64,000 nt of DNA from positions 1 through 64,000 of the forward strand of contig JBKAGE010000008.1 of NCBI GenBank assembly GCA_046290225.1. Reading direction: 5' to 3'. This stretch comes from Bradymonadia bacterium (GTDB lineage Bacteria; Myxococcota_A; Bradymonadia; UBA7976; UBA1532). Both the position numbers and the translations under genes were made by a program. The notes below the pieces were generated by a model, which saw only the letters and a program-made list of their open reading frames with translations, was not told the DNA's origin and did not search any database. The number at the start of each line of letters is the position of its first letter. Within the stretch, counting starts at the first letter, position 1. Of this stretch, positions 18,736 to 28,470 are shown piece after piece.

Positions 18736-20607
18736 CTACTCCTGGGGCTGATGCCCGTCGTTGTAGCGAATCTGCCCTGTGATCAAGCTCTGAAACGGCA
18801 AGTTGGCGTGCGGGTAGTCGGCGATGCAGGCGATCTCCACCGTGGGATAGAGGTTGAGCCGATTGCGCAGGGCGTTGTAGCTCGGGGCCACGTACGAGAA
18901 GGGGATGTCGTAGAAGTGCATCTGATACAGGTACTTGCGGCAGGCGTTCGACACCGGCTGCTCTTCGCCCTGGTGATCTCGGATGCCCAGCTCTTCACAG
19001 CCATCGACGGTGCCCCGGAGGGTGAAGGCGTACATGCGACGATCATACGCTGGCCAGCCGTTGAGGCTGGGGCAGGTGCACCCATTGCGCCGCTCACACT
19101 CAGGATCTTGGTTGGTGCGTTCGACATGGCGGGCCACATAGTAGGCGCCGGGCTCACCCTCGAAGAAGACGAAGCAACCGCCGTCTTGGAAGTAGCCTCC
19201 ACCGTCATCGAAGCGAGCCCATGCGGCCACTGAGGCTGGGGGGGCGTCATTTTCACAGCGCCAGTTGGGCACCTGCACCTCTGCGGGGGCTGATTCGGGG
19301 CAGGCCTCGTCACCAGCCTCGCAGTCATCATCGACATTGTCACCACACACACCAGGCGCGCCGGGGTACTGCAGCGGATCGTCCGGGCCACAGTCACCGG
19401 TCTCTGCTGCGGCGCCATCAGGCAGCGGGTCACCCTGCATCAGGCAGTACTCCTGAGGCGCTTCGAGTACCCCGAAGCCGTCGCCGTCCTCGTCGGCGTA
19501 GAGCGTGACGTCGACGCACATCGGCAGAGCCTCGATGCCCACCTCGAGGGTGTAGCTCGCACGGGTCTCGCCATCGGCGCCGCGAATGCGGAGCAAGCGG
19601 GGACCAGGCCCAGGGGCCTGCCAGGAGAGCGCCCCCGTCTCGTCGGCCACCACCGCAGGATCACCTGCAGGATTGTCGGCATCGAAGAGCTCGATCACCA
19701 GGGTGGACTCTGCGGTGTTGTACGCCACGGTCACGGTGACCGTGTCGTCGGTGGCGAGGTCGATCAGGAACAAATCCTCATCGCCCTCGCACACCGTGAG
19801 ATCGCGATAGACGCCCGCTTCGGTGCGGTTGAGCACCTCGCCGAGCTCACCCTCGAGGGCGTCGGGCTGGCAGGGCGCCTCTCGGGCCACGCACCGCATC
19901 GCCTCTTCGTTGCACTCGTCATTGATCCCGCAGTCGTCGTCGTTGCGGCAGGCCACCCCTCGAACCAGACATGCATGATCGAGGCACAGCTCACCGCCGA
20001 GGCAGTCACCATCTTCGCGACAACCCGGCGCGCAGCTGATTGTCTCGTCATTGCACCATTCGCCTGGGGGGCATTCATCATCGCTCCGGCACCCTGGTCG
20101 GCAGATCTCGTCACAGATCTGGGTGTCGGGGCAGGTCTCGTCGTTGCGGCAACCGTCGATGCACTCGCCCTGCTCGCAGATGGTGGCCGGCGGGCAGCCG
20201 CTGTCGCCGCGGCAGCCCGGCACACACTCGATGCCGTCGCAGATGGTGCCGAGCACGCAATCATTGTCGTCGCGACAGCCTACACAGGTGCCCATGTCGC
20301 AGATCTGGCCCTCTTCACAGTCGGCGCTGTCAGTGCAGAACGGAGCTGCGCCCCCAGCACCGCCCACTTCACCACCGGCACCAGCCGCGCCACCGGCGCC
20401 AGCCACGCCACCAGCACCGGCTACACCACCTCCGCCAGCTTCACCTGCAGCCCCGCCAGCCCCAGCCTCACCGCCGGCACCTGCCTCACCACCAACACCG
20501 GCTTCGCCGCCAGCGCCAGCTTCGCCACCCGTGGAGTCATTACCGCCATCGTCACACCCCCACACCATGAAAACTGTCATCGCTAAAAAGAGAGGAGCAC
20601 GTCTCAT
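18736..20607 (-). CDS. Cys-rich lipoprotein (tandem Cys repeats, PPC-like domain, MopE-like repeat, unknown C-terminal domain)
   Basis: Lipobox VWGC; GGEAGA repeats; CRxDxDC repeats; YADEDGDGFG...GDC...PGAPGVCGDNVDDDC. Confidence 0.85.
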   Translation of the reverse strand: MRRAPLFLAMTVFMVWGCDDGGNDSTGGEAGAGGEAGVGGEAGAGGEAGAGGAAGEAGGGGVAGAGGVAGAGGAAGAGGEVGGAGGAAPFCTDSADCEEGQICDMGTCVGCRDDNDCVLGTICDGIECVPGCRGDSGCPPATICEQGECIDGCRNDETCPDTQICDEICRPGCRSDDECPPGEWCNDETISCAPGCREDGDCLGGELCLDHACLVRGVACRNDDDCGINDECNEEAMRCVAREAPCQPDALEGELGEVLNRTEAGVYRDLTVCEGDEDLFLIDLATDDTVTVTVAYNTAESTLVIELFDADNPAGDPAVVADETGALSWQAPGPGPRLLRIRGADGETRASYTLEVGIEALPMCVDVTLYADEDGDGFGVLEAPQEYCLMQGDPLPDGAAAETGDCGPDDPLQYPGAPGVCGDNVDDDCEAGDEACPESAPAEVQVPNWRCENDAPPASVAAWARFDDGGGYFQDGGCFVFFEGEPGAYYVARHVERTNQDPECERRNGCTCPSLNGWPAYDRRMYAFTLRGTVDGCEELGIRDHQGEEQPVSNACRKYLYQMHFYDIPFSYVAPSYNALRNRLNLYPTVEIACIADYPHANLPFQSLITGQIRYNDGHQPQE

Positions 20608-20683
20608 TCACCAGCCTCCGATACATTCGCCGCAGGCAGAGTAACGTAAAGCGCCGGTCAGAAACTGAGGCTGTCTGAAAAAT

Positions 20684-21472
20684 CTAATCTTTGAGTGTGA
20701 GCACCTGTGGGGCGTGATCGGAGATGGTGATGCCCGCCTCGCGGCGCACTTCGATCTCCTCGAGGCGGCTCGCTGCCGCGGCATTGCACAGCAGATAGTC
20801 GATGCGCCAGCCTCGATCGAGCTCTCGGGCACGGCCTCGCATGGACCACCACGTGTACGGCCCCTTTTGATCACCGAGCAGGGCCCGCAGGGCGTCGGTC
20901 CAACCGTCGCCGAGCAGATCGGAGAAGAAGTCGCGCTCGTGGGGCAGGAAGCCCGAGGTCTTTTTGTTGCCCGTGGGGTTGTGGATGTCGTTCGCCGTGT
21001 GGGCGATGTTGAGATCACCGGCGACGATGACCGGCTCGTCTATGGTCAGGAACTGCTTCAGCCAATCGCGCCACTGAGCCATCCAGTCCTCTTTGAAGGT
21101 CTGTCGCGGGCCGCCCGTGGTGCCTGAGGGCAGGTAGGTGCAGATGAACTGCATGCCCGCGGTGCGCACGCGTATGACCCGGCCCTCAGGATCAGCTTCG
21201 TAATCACCGCCGACACCGGTCATGCCCGTGGTGACTTCGTCGATGGGGTGCTTCGACCAGATGCCCACCCCCGAGTAGCCTTTCTTCTCGGCGGGATTCC
21301 AGGCCACGTGCCAGTCAGTTGGGCGGGCGATGTGTCCGGGCAGCTGCTCTTCCAGGGCGCGGACCTCCTGCAACATGATCACATCTGGATCCATCTGCGC
21401 GAGCTCGGCCTCGAAGCCTTTTTTGAGCGCAGATCGCAAAGAGTTCACATTCCATGTGGCGACTTTGAACAT
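20684..21472 (-). CDS. xth: Exodeoxyribonuclease III / AP endonuclease
   Basis: TWNVNSLR, LQEVR, KKGYSGV, EGR, GDLNIAH, YTWW, GWRIDY, SDHAP. Confidence 0.95.
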   Translation of the reverse strand: MFKVATWNVNSLRSALKKGFEAELAQMDPDVIMLQEVRALEEQLPGHIARPTDWHVAWNPAEKKGYSGVGIWSKHPIDEVTTGMTGVGGDYEADPEGRVIRVRTAGMQFICTYLPSGTTGGPRQTFKEDWMAQWRDWLKQFLTIDEPVIVAGDLNIAHTANDIHNPTGNKKTSGFLPHERDFFSDLLGDGWTDALRALLGDQKGPYTWWSMRGRARELDRGWRIDYLLCNAAAASRLEEIEVRREAGITISDHAPQVLTLKD

Positions 21473-21560
21473 TCGAGACTCTCTTATGGGTGAAAGTTGC
21501 CCTCTGGCGTACCAATGGAGCACCTTCGGGGCAACACCGAATGCAGCACATCGAGGGCCT

Positions 21561-22370
21561 ATGTCGATCACGGTGAGCGCGATGTACGTCTACCCCGTCA
21601 AAGGGTGTCGAGGCGTCCCTGTTTCAGAGGCTGAAGTCGGCCCCAGAGGTCTCGCCGGCGACCGTCTCTGGATGTGGGTCGACGCCGATGGCCGGTTCTT
21701 GTCACAGCGGAGCCACCCGCAGATGGCGCAGGTCGACACCGAGATCATCGAGGGCGGGGTGAAGTTGAGCGCACCTGGCATCGGCGCGGTCAGCGTGAGT
21801 GCGCCTGCCGGTGATGGTCTCAAGCGCACCGTGCAGGTCTGGTCCAGCACACTCGAGGCCCTCGTGGCACCCGAAGCAGAGGCATGGGGCAAGGCCCTCT
21901 TTGGCGTCGAGGCCCACCTAGTGCATCTGGGTGAAGGCTGCAAGCGGCCGCTCAAGCCAAGCCGTGGGCAGCCCGGCGACGAGGTGAGTTTTGCCGACGG
22001 GTATCCGGTGTTGTTGGCCAGTGAGGCGTCTCTCGCGGCTCTCAATGGATGGATCGCTGAAACAGGCCGGGATCCAGTCCCCATGGCCCGTTTTCGGCCC
22101 AATGTGGTCATCACGGGTGAGATCGAGCCTTTTGCTGAAGATGAATGGCCTGTCCTTGAGCTCGGAGGCGTGCGTTTTCAGGGCGGGGCACCGTGTGAGC
22201 GCTGTACCGTCACCACCCTCGACCAGCAAACCGGTCAAAAACACGATGGAGAGCCTTTGATTACGCTGGCGCGTCATCGTCGGTGGGACAACAAGGTCTT
22301 TTTCGGTGTCAATCTCGTACCGAGAGCCTACGGCATGTTGAGGCGTGGCGATGCGTGTGTGCTGAATTGA
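21561..22370 (+). CDS. MOSC domain protein (YcbX/mARC-like)
   Basis: YPVKGC, GDRLWM, FADGYPVLL, RFRPNVVI, CERCTVTT, FGVNL. Confidence 0.93.
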   Translation: MSITVSAMYVYPVKGCRGVPVSEAEVGPRGLAGDRLWMWVDADGRFLSQRSHPQMAQVDTEIIEGGVKLSAPGIGAVSVSAPAGDGLKRTVQVWSSTLEALVAPEAEAWGKALFGVEAHLVHLGEGCKRPLKPSRGQPGDEVSFADGYPVLLASEASLAALNGWIAETGRDPVPMARFRPNVVITGEIEPFAEDEWPVLELGGVRFQGGAPCERCTVTTLDQQTGQKHDGEPLITLARHRRWDNKVFFGVNLVPRAYGMLRRGDACVLN

Positions 22371-22451
22371 CTCATCTTTGACTCAAAAAGGGTCGATGGT
22401 TTAACGTGAGTCTCATATCTGGGGTGTTGAATGTATGGGGGAGGGGGTCTG

Positions 22452-22799
22452 ATGCTGGTCGAGCACTGTGCAGCAACCGAGGCGCACGATTTGGAACAGA
22501 CGATTCGCGATCTGCTTCGGCGTCGTGGTCGACAGTCCCGGGTCACTGTGGGCTTCAGCGCGAACATCGACACCATCATCGAGCAGTGTCAGGCCGATCG
22601 CCTCTGGCACGAGATGATCATCATCGATACTGAGGTCTCATTTGAAGAAGCCATGTCGATGCGCATGCGCCTCATCAGTACGGGCTTCCCGACCTATTTA
22701 CAGAGAGACGCTGGCATTGAGGGCGCGTCGATTGCGACCTATGACACGATGCGCCGCCTGGGGCGTTGTGTGCCGTTTCTGCTCATCGCCTGCATGTGA
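22452..22799 (+). CDS. Small hypothetical protein, apparent paralog of 1611-1946
   Basis: GGAGG RBS; fills the intergenic gap; residue pattern shared with the 111-aa ORF. Confidence 0.6.
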   Translation: MLVEHCAATEAHDLEQTIRDLLRRRGRQSRVTVGFSANIDTIIEQCQADRLWHEMIIIDTEVSFEEAMSMRMRLISTGFPTYLQRDAGIEGASIATYDTMRRLGRCVPFLLIACM

Positions 22800-23480
22800 T
22801 CATGCCTCGGTGGTCAACACCAGGCGAATGAACTGACCCCCACCCCGGGCTTCCTCGTGACATGCCGTGAAGCCTGTCTGGCTCAAGATGAAGAGCAGGT
22901 CGTCACGGCTGAACTTGTTGTGCTCCATGAAGTGATCGAAGCGCCTCACTCGGGCATCGGCCTCGACCTCGAAGACGTTGCCATCGAACCGCTCGAGGTA
23001 TTGTGAGAGCGGCACGCGCACCCAGTCCATCAAGACAAGGCGCCCGCCGGGCTTGAGCACCCGCTTGATCTCTCGCATCAGCCCCACGGGCTCGCCCATC
23101 TCGTGGACCACCATCGACAGCAACGCGGCATCGACGCTGTGATCGGGCAGATCGAGGACGAGGGTCTGGAGATCTGCGGCGTGGATGGTGCCGTCGACCT
23201 CTTTGGCGATGGCCCGAGCGGTGGCGAGCATGTACGGCTGTAGCTCGACGCCGTGCAGCTGTGCATTGGGGAACCGCTGACGCCAGGCACGCAGCATGAG
23301 TCCGGGACCACAGCCAAGATCGACATAGGTGGGGGCGTCGCCGTGATGATCACCCACGTGTTGCTGCCAGAATGACCAGAAGCTGTCGTCGAAGCGGCCT
23401 TCGAAGCTGCTGACCATGACATCGTGGAACTGGGCGCCCCGGTGGTGCTTGTCGAGGCGCTCCTGGGTTTCATGGCTCAT
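22800..23480 (-). CDS. Class I SAM-dependent methyltransferase
   Basis: VDLGCGPG motif I, LPDHSVD, VLKPGGRLVLMDW; AGGAG RBS. Confidence 0.92.
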   Translation of the reverse strand: MSHETQERLDKHHRGAQFHDVMVSSFEGRFDDSFWSFWQQHVGDHHGDAPTYVDLGCGPGLMLRAWRQRFPNAQLHGVELQPYMLATARAIAKEVDGTIHAADLQTLVLDLPDHSVDAALLSMVVHEMGEPVGLMREIKRVLKPGGRLVLMDWVRVPLSQYLERFDGNVFEVEADARVRRFDHFMEHNKFSRDDLLFILSQTGFTACHEEARGGGQFIRLVLTTEA

Positions 23481-23658
23481 GAGATCTCCTGTGGCTGCCG
23501 ATTGCCTGCACTTCATGTGTACCGTCGCTCACCCTCTGGGGTCACGTCTTTAAGGCTGATTAAGCATCAGAGAATTGCGACGATTCTGGGTGAATCCCTA
23601 TAAAACGATCCAAGCCGGTCTGGTGACGTCCGGCATGTCGAGGAGACAAGGGAGAATC

Positions 23659-24576
23659 ATGAAGAAGCTGCTCATCACCAGTGCTGTGCTCTCTGGTGCG
23701 TTCATCGCCACCGAGTCCATGGCCCGCCCGAACTACCCGGCCACCATCCCCACGCCGTTCAGCTGCTCCACATGCCACCTGAACCCTGGTGGTGGTGGTG
23801 CCCGCAACCCATTTGGCGACGCATACCGTAACAACGGGCGTATCTGGTCTGGTGTGTGCGCCGTCGACTCTGATGGTGATGGCTTCACCAACGGCGCCGA
23901 GCTGGGTGATCCCGACTGCATGTGGGGTCCCGGCGATCCTCTGCCCGATGTCATGGCCACCCGCCCAGGTGACGATCAGGACTTCCCCCCGCCACCCATG
24001 GGCGGCATGGGCGGCGAAGGTGGCATGGGCGGCATGGGTGGTGAAGGCGGTATGGGCGGCGAGCCCATGGGCGGCATGATGCCCGGTGGTGCTGGCGGTG
24101 CCGGCGGCGATGAAGACATGGGTGTCGGCGGCGCTGGTGGTGATGAAGACATGGGCGTTGGCGGTGCCGGCGGTGAGGCTGGCGGCGGCGGCATGGGCGG
24201 TGAGCCCGCTGGCGGTGCTGGCGGCGAGGCCGGCGGCGGTGGCATGGGTGGCGAAGGTGGCGCTGGCGGTGAGCCCGCTGGCGGCGCTGGTGGCGAGCCC
24301 GCCGGTGGTGCCGGTGGTGAGCCTGCTGGCGGCGCTGGCGGTGAGCCGGCCGGTGGTGCCGGTGGTGAGCCCGCTGGTGGCGCAGGTGGTGAGCCTGCCG
24401 GTGGCTCCGGTGGCGAGCCTGTGGGCGGTGGTGACACCGGCGCCGATGGTGGCGTCGACGGTGGCGGCGGTGGTGATGACGACGACAGCGGCTGTCAGAC
24501 CTCTGCAGGCCGCAGCGGCGCCACCTGGATGTTGATGCTGCTCGCCCTCGGCGGCTTCATCCGTCGCCGGCGCTGA
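23659..24576 (+). CDS. Secreted temptin-like/CxxCH protein with Gly-rich stalk and MYXO-CTERM tail
   Basis: GGAG RBS; signal peptide; CSTCH; GGGARNPFG...W...C.VDSDGDGFTNGAELGDPDC.W; SGC + TM + RRRR. Confidence 0.85.
   Translation: MKKLLITSAVLSGAFIATESMARPNYPATIPTPFSCSTCHLNPGGGGARNPFGDAYRNNGRIWSGVCAVDSDGDGFTNGAELGDPDCMWGPGDPLPDVMATRPGDDQDFPPPPMGGMGGEGGMGGMGGEGGMGGEPMGGMMPGGAGGAGGDEDMGVGGAGGDEDMGVGGAGGEAGGGGMGGEPAGGAGGEAGGGGMGGEGGAGGEPAGGAGGEPAGGAGGEPAGGAGGEPAGGAGGEPAGGAGGEPAGGSGGEPVGGGDTGADGGVDGGGGGDDDDSGCQTSAGRSGATWMLMLLALGGFIRRRR
24265..24430 (+). repeat. Coding tandem repeat, 24-bp unit encoding GGEPAGGA, about 7 copies
   Basis: Visible in the translation, with synonymous variation between units. 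Confidence 0.85.
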
Positions 24577-25576
24577 GCGGCGAAGCCCCTGGTGCTCTGA
24601 AGCGGGCTCGATAGGCTCCGGGTGAGACCCCAACCACCCGGATGAAGGTCCGCCTCAGCGTCTCCAACGTGCCGAACCCACACACCTCGGCCACCCACTC
24701 CAGGGTGGCGTCTTCTTGCAACATCAACCGTTGAGCGGCTTCGACCCGGGCTCGGGCCACGAAGGCCGCAGGGGTCGTCCCGGTCTGGGTGCGGAATACC
24801 CGGGCGAAGTTGCGTGGGCTCATGCCCACGTGGCCTGCGAGCGTGTCCACACGATGATCCGCTGCAGGGTTCACGAGCACACGGTTGATCACCTTGTTGA
24901 TCATCTCGTCCTGGCCCGGACCCAGCCGCAGCGCGGTGCTGAACTGAGACTGGCCACCAGGGCGTTGGGTGAACATCACCAGCGCCCGGGCGACGGCGAG
25001 GGCCAGTGACGATCCGCCGTCCTGGCGGATCAGATGCAAGGCCAGATCGATCCCTGCAGTGGCCCCTGCCGAGGTGTAGATCGGGCCGTCCTCGGTATAC
25101 AGCGCATCGGCTTCTACCTGAGCCTTCGGGTATCGCTGGCGCAGGGGCTTCAGGGCCAGCCAGTGGGTGGTGCACCGGCGTCCGTCGAGCAGGCCCACGG
25201 CGCCGAGGGTGAAGGCTCCAGTGCAGATGGAGACCACCCGACTTGCCTTGGAAGAGAGCCGCTGCACCGCCTCAAGCATGGCAGCGGTCGGGCACATCTC
25301 GCTCTGGGGTGGCAGGCCACCCATCACCAGCGTGTGGGTGTCTTCGATCTGGTCGAGGGGGGTGGTGCTCAGGGTGGGCCCGGAGCTGACACGGACCCGA
25401 TCGCTCAGGCCAGCCAGAGACACTGCGTACAGTGGCGGCTTGTCGTGGGCCAGGCGCATGCGGTTCGCGGTGTCGAGGGCCTCGAAGCAGCCCATGATGC
25501 CCATAAGCTGGCCGCCGTCGGGCACCACGCACACCACGTGTCGAGGCTTTGGCAGAATCTGTGGAGTCTTTGTCAT
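24557..25576 (-). CDS. GlxA-family transcriptional regulator (DJ-1/PfpI + AraC HTH)
   Basis: SICTGAF, GLLDGRRCTTHW, TSAGATAGIDLAL, RPGGQSQFS, MSPRNFARVF; divergent from a GST gene. Confidence 0.95.
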   Translation of the reverse strand: MTKTPQILPKPRHVVCVVPDGGQLMGIMGCFEALDTANRMRLAHDKPPLYAVSLAGLSDRVRVSSGPTLSTTPLDQIEDTHTLVMGGLPPQSEMCPTAAMLEAVQRLSSKASRVVSICTGAFTLGAVGLLDGRRCTTHWLALKPLRQRYPKAQVEADALYTEDGPIYTSAGATAGIDLALHLIRQDGGSSLALAVARALVMFTQRPGGQSQFSTALRLGPGQDEMINKVINRVLVNPAADHRVDTLAGHVGMSPRNFARVFRTQTGTTPAAFVARARVEAAQRLMLQEDATLEWVAEVCGFGTLETLRRTFIRVVGVSPGAYRARFRAPGASPLSAGDG

Positions 25577-25622
25577 TTCGGACAGCGTAGCAGCTTCCTA
25601 GTCTGAATGCAGGAGGTTGAAC

Positions 25623-26267
25623 ATGCACGAACACACGCTCTACACATTTCCGTTTTCCTCTGCGCTCTCAGTGCGTTGGACACTCTTGCAGTATCAGGTC
25701 CCCTCTCGGGTGGTGTGGTTGCAGCGCGGTCAGGATCGACGGATGCATGAGCCGTCTCTGACGGCCATGAACGCCAAACAGAAAGTACCCGTGCTGGTCT
25801 CGCCTGATGGAGAGGTGCTCACCGAGCTGGTGGGCATCCTCCTGTATCTCGAAGAGACATACGGCCCGGAGCGCACTCCGCCGATGCGCCGCCGGTTGAT
25901 CGAGTGTCTGGCTCACCTGGCCACTGACCTGCATCAGCAGATCCTCGGACCCCTCTTCGATCCCGGCACGCCGCCAGAGGCCCAGGCGCACGCACGTCAG
26001 CGGCTGTTGCCTCAGGTGCTGGACACATTCGAAGATCTCCTCAGCGCGCAGGAGACCCTGCTCGGCGGGCCGGCGGGGGCCGCCGACAACTATCTGATGT
26101 GGGGGTTGGTGTTGTTGGGTTACAGGTGGCCCGAGCTGGTCCAGCGACCGGCCATCGGTGCCTTCATGCAGCGCATGATGCAGTCACCCTGGGTGCTGGA
26201 GGGGCTGACTGCAGAGCGCGAGCAATATGCTCAGCAGGAGAGCGCCCTCAGCGCTTCTCAAGGTTGA
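25623..26267 (+). CDS. Glutathione S-transferase family protein
   Basis: N-x3-KVPVL, LTELVGILLYL, ATDLH, AADNYL; GGAGG RBS. Confidence 0.85.
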   Translation: MHEHTLYTFPFSSALSVRWTLLQYQVPSRVVWLQRGQDRRMHEPSLTAMNAKQKVPVLVSPDGEVLTELVGILLYLEETYGPERTPPMRRRLIECLAHLATDLHQQILGPLFDPGTPPEAQAHARQRLLPQVLDTFEDLLSAQETLLGGPAGAADNYLMWGLVLLGYRWPELVQRPAIGAFMQRMMQSPWVLEGLTAEREQYAQQESALSASQG

Positions 26268-28470
26268 GGCCGCCCGTGTAGGCATAGCTCACGTAATCGT
26301 CAAAGGCATACACCAGGATCCCGAAGGGGGCGTTCCCCTGAATGCGGTGAGGGCCGTCGGCGATCTGCAAGTGCATGTAGACCCGGGTGCTGCCCGGCAC
26401 CAGGGTCGCATTTGCCAGATCCACCGGCACCCCGTTCAGATCGATGCGGGCGTCCGGATCAGCCACCACCGTCACATAGTCACGGGCGTAGGTGTCGGGC
26501 GTCAGGAACGCATAGGTCGTACGGTACTGGCGATCAGGGGGCAGCAGGAAGATCGCGGGATCACCGGCGGAGGCACCGTCAGGCACGTTGTTCCCCGTGG
26601 ACACCTGCCCGCTGATGATGCCCATCACCATCACCGGTGCGCTCGAGGTCGCCAGCACGGGCATCGCGGAGCCGAACTCGCAGACCTGACCCTCGTTCAG
26701 GGAGAAGGTGCGATCGTCCACCATGAAGTCACCGCAGTAGGGCACACCGAGGAACCCGGGTCGTTTCGGATCGAGGTTCGCCAGGGGCTCGCTGAGGGTG
26801 ATCTCGGTGGCCACCGCCTGTGAGGCGAACTTCCAGTACACCGCCTCTTCGCTCCGTGACGGATCAGAGCGGGGTGCTGTGGGGACGAGCGCGTACTCCT
26901 GGCCCCAGGTGTTGATGGGGAACAGTTGCTCTTCGAGGTGATCGCAGGCGTTGAGGTCATATGGGTAGAACGTGCACTGGTGGCTCGAGAAGACCGAGAC
27001 CGGGCGACTGGTGGTGATGCGGGCGCCGCTGAGATCGGGGCCGATGGGATCACCATTCACCAGCTGAATGTCGCCGGACTGAAGCGTCAGTACCTGGTTG
27101 GCCTGCAGCGTCGTGGTGATGCGCTGCCCCTGTCGCTCGATGGCCCCGTCGATGGGGCGGATGTCGGCCCCCTCGGGCAGATCGACCTGCACCTGGGTGC
27201 CCGGCTCCGAGGCTGCCACCACGAGGGCTGCAGGGAAGCCGTAGGGCGGGCCCACAGGAGGCGGGTTCGGATCACCAGGATCACGCTCGTCATCGGGCCT
27301 GGGCCAGCTGGGCACACCGAGGAACATGTAATCCGTGCCGAGGGCGCTCGTAGGCAGCAGCAGGCTGGCGTCGTTGGAGAAGCTGAAGTTACAGCAGTAA
27401 GGGTTGAACTGGTACACCGCCACGGGCTGGTCGGAGACCACTCGGCGCGCCTCGGCGCGAATGTACGAGGTCTCCACGGGGGCGGGTGGCCGGGGCAGAT
27501 GCAGCGTGGCCAGACCCCCTGGGGGGATCTCGAGGTTCTCCGCCCGATCGAAGGCCATCTGCACCACCATGCCGTCGGCGTCGCGCACCTGCGTCTCCAG
27601 CGTCTCGGGCTGGGCAAAGGGGGCCGTGAGGGGTGGGTTGATGGTCACCTCGGCCACGAGGGGGGCCGGATCACCATTGAACCCTTCGAGGGTCACCTGC
27701 ACCGGCCGGGTGGTGTCGGGGTTGGTCACCACCACGCTCGTGGGGGCATCGGGCGTCGATCCGCCGCCCACGGGGAAGTGACTCAGGTTGGGCAGGTTCA
27801 CCACCAGATAGTCGCAACCCAGGTAGCTGCTGCGGGTCTCCGCCTGAGCGCAGGCACGGCTCAGGCAACGGCCGGCGCCGGCGCAGACCTCTTCAGGGCC
27901 GCAGGGATCACCGGGTACAAAGCCGGTGCCCGGCTCGCAAATGCCTGGCTGCTCGGCAGTGAGACAGGTGCGATCGCCGAGGCTGCAGTCTTGAGGATCC
28001 TGCTCGCAGCGGCCGCCGAAGCAGAGTTGCCCTTCGGGGCAGGGCGAGATCGACCAGCGACCGCCGTCATCGGTGTCCTGGCAAATCTCCAGAACACCAT
28101 CGCCTTCTCTCAAGCAGCGTTGCATGCCCGGCGTGCACTCATCCATGCCGCCTTCACCGCCCATGCCGCCGTCTCCACCCATGGGCTCACCGCCGGCGCC
28201 GCCCACACCGCCTTCACCACCTACACCACCCACAGGGGCTGCGTCAGGCATCGGCGCCATGTCGGGCACGATGTCGCGATTGAGCATGGCATCAGTGGTG
28301 GGGGCAGGATCATCACTCGAGGCATCGTCGTCACAGGCCACCAGCACGGTGGTGAGCAGGCAGGCGATGGAGAGATGAAGGAGCGAGGGGCGTGAGCTGC
28401 GGGGGATCAGGCCGCTCTCACCCGCACCTGCTCGGCGAGGGTCTTTACATTGGCGCCAATGGTCTCGCAC
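26248..28470 (-). CDS. IgGFc-binding-domain lipoprotein
   Basis: Lipobox LVAC; SYLGCDY, YQFNP, SNDASLLLPTSALG, CDHLEEQLFP, GDPA, PFGILVY, SYAYTGG; true start probably near 28410. Confidence 0.88.
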   Translation of the reverse strand: MRDHWRQCKDPRRAGAGESGLIPRSSRPSLLHLSIACLLTTVLVACDDDASSDDPAPTTDAMLNRDIVPDMAPMPDAAPVGGVGGEGGVGGAGGEPMGGDGGMGGEGGMDECTPGMQRCLREGDGVLEICQDTDDGGRWSISPCPEGQLCFGGRCEQDPQDCSLGDRTCLTAEQPGICEPGTGFVPGDPCGPEEVCAGAGRCLSRACAQAETRSSYLGCDYLVVNLPNLSHFPVGGGSTPDAPTSVVVTNPDTTRPVQVTLEGFNGDPAPLVAEVTINPPLTAPFAQPETLETQVRDADGMVVQMAFDRAENLEIPPGGLATLHLPRPPAPVETSYIRAEARRVVSDQPVAVYQFNPYCCNFSFSNDASLLLPTSALGTDYMFLGVPSWPRPDDERDPGDPNPPPVGPPYGFPAALVVAASEPGTQVQVDLPEGADIRPIDGAIERQGQRITTTLQANQVLTLQSGDIQLVNGDPIGPDLSGARITTSRPVSVFSSHQCTFYPYDLNACDHLEEQLFPINTWGQEYALVPTAPRSDPSRSEEAVYWKFASQAVATEITLSEPLANLDPKRPGFLGVPYCGDFMVDDRTFSLNEGQVCEFGSAMPVLATSSAPVMVMGIISGQVSTGNNVPDGASAGDPAIFLLPPDRQYRTTYAFLTPDTYARDYVTVVADPDARIDLNGVPVDLANATLVPGSTRVYMHLQIADGPHRIQGNAPFGILVYAFDDYVSYAYTGGLNLEKR

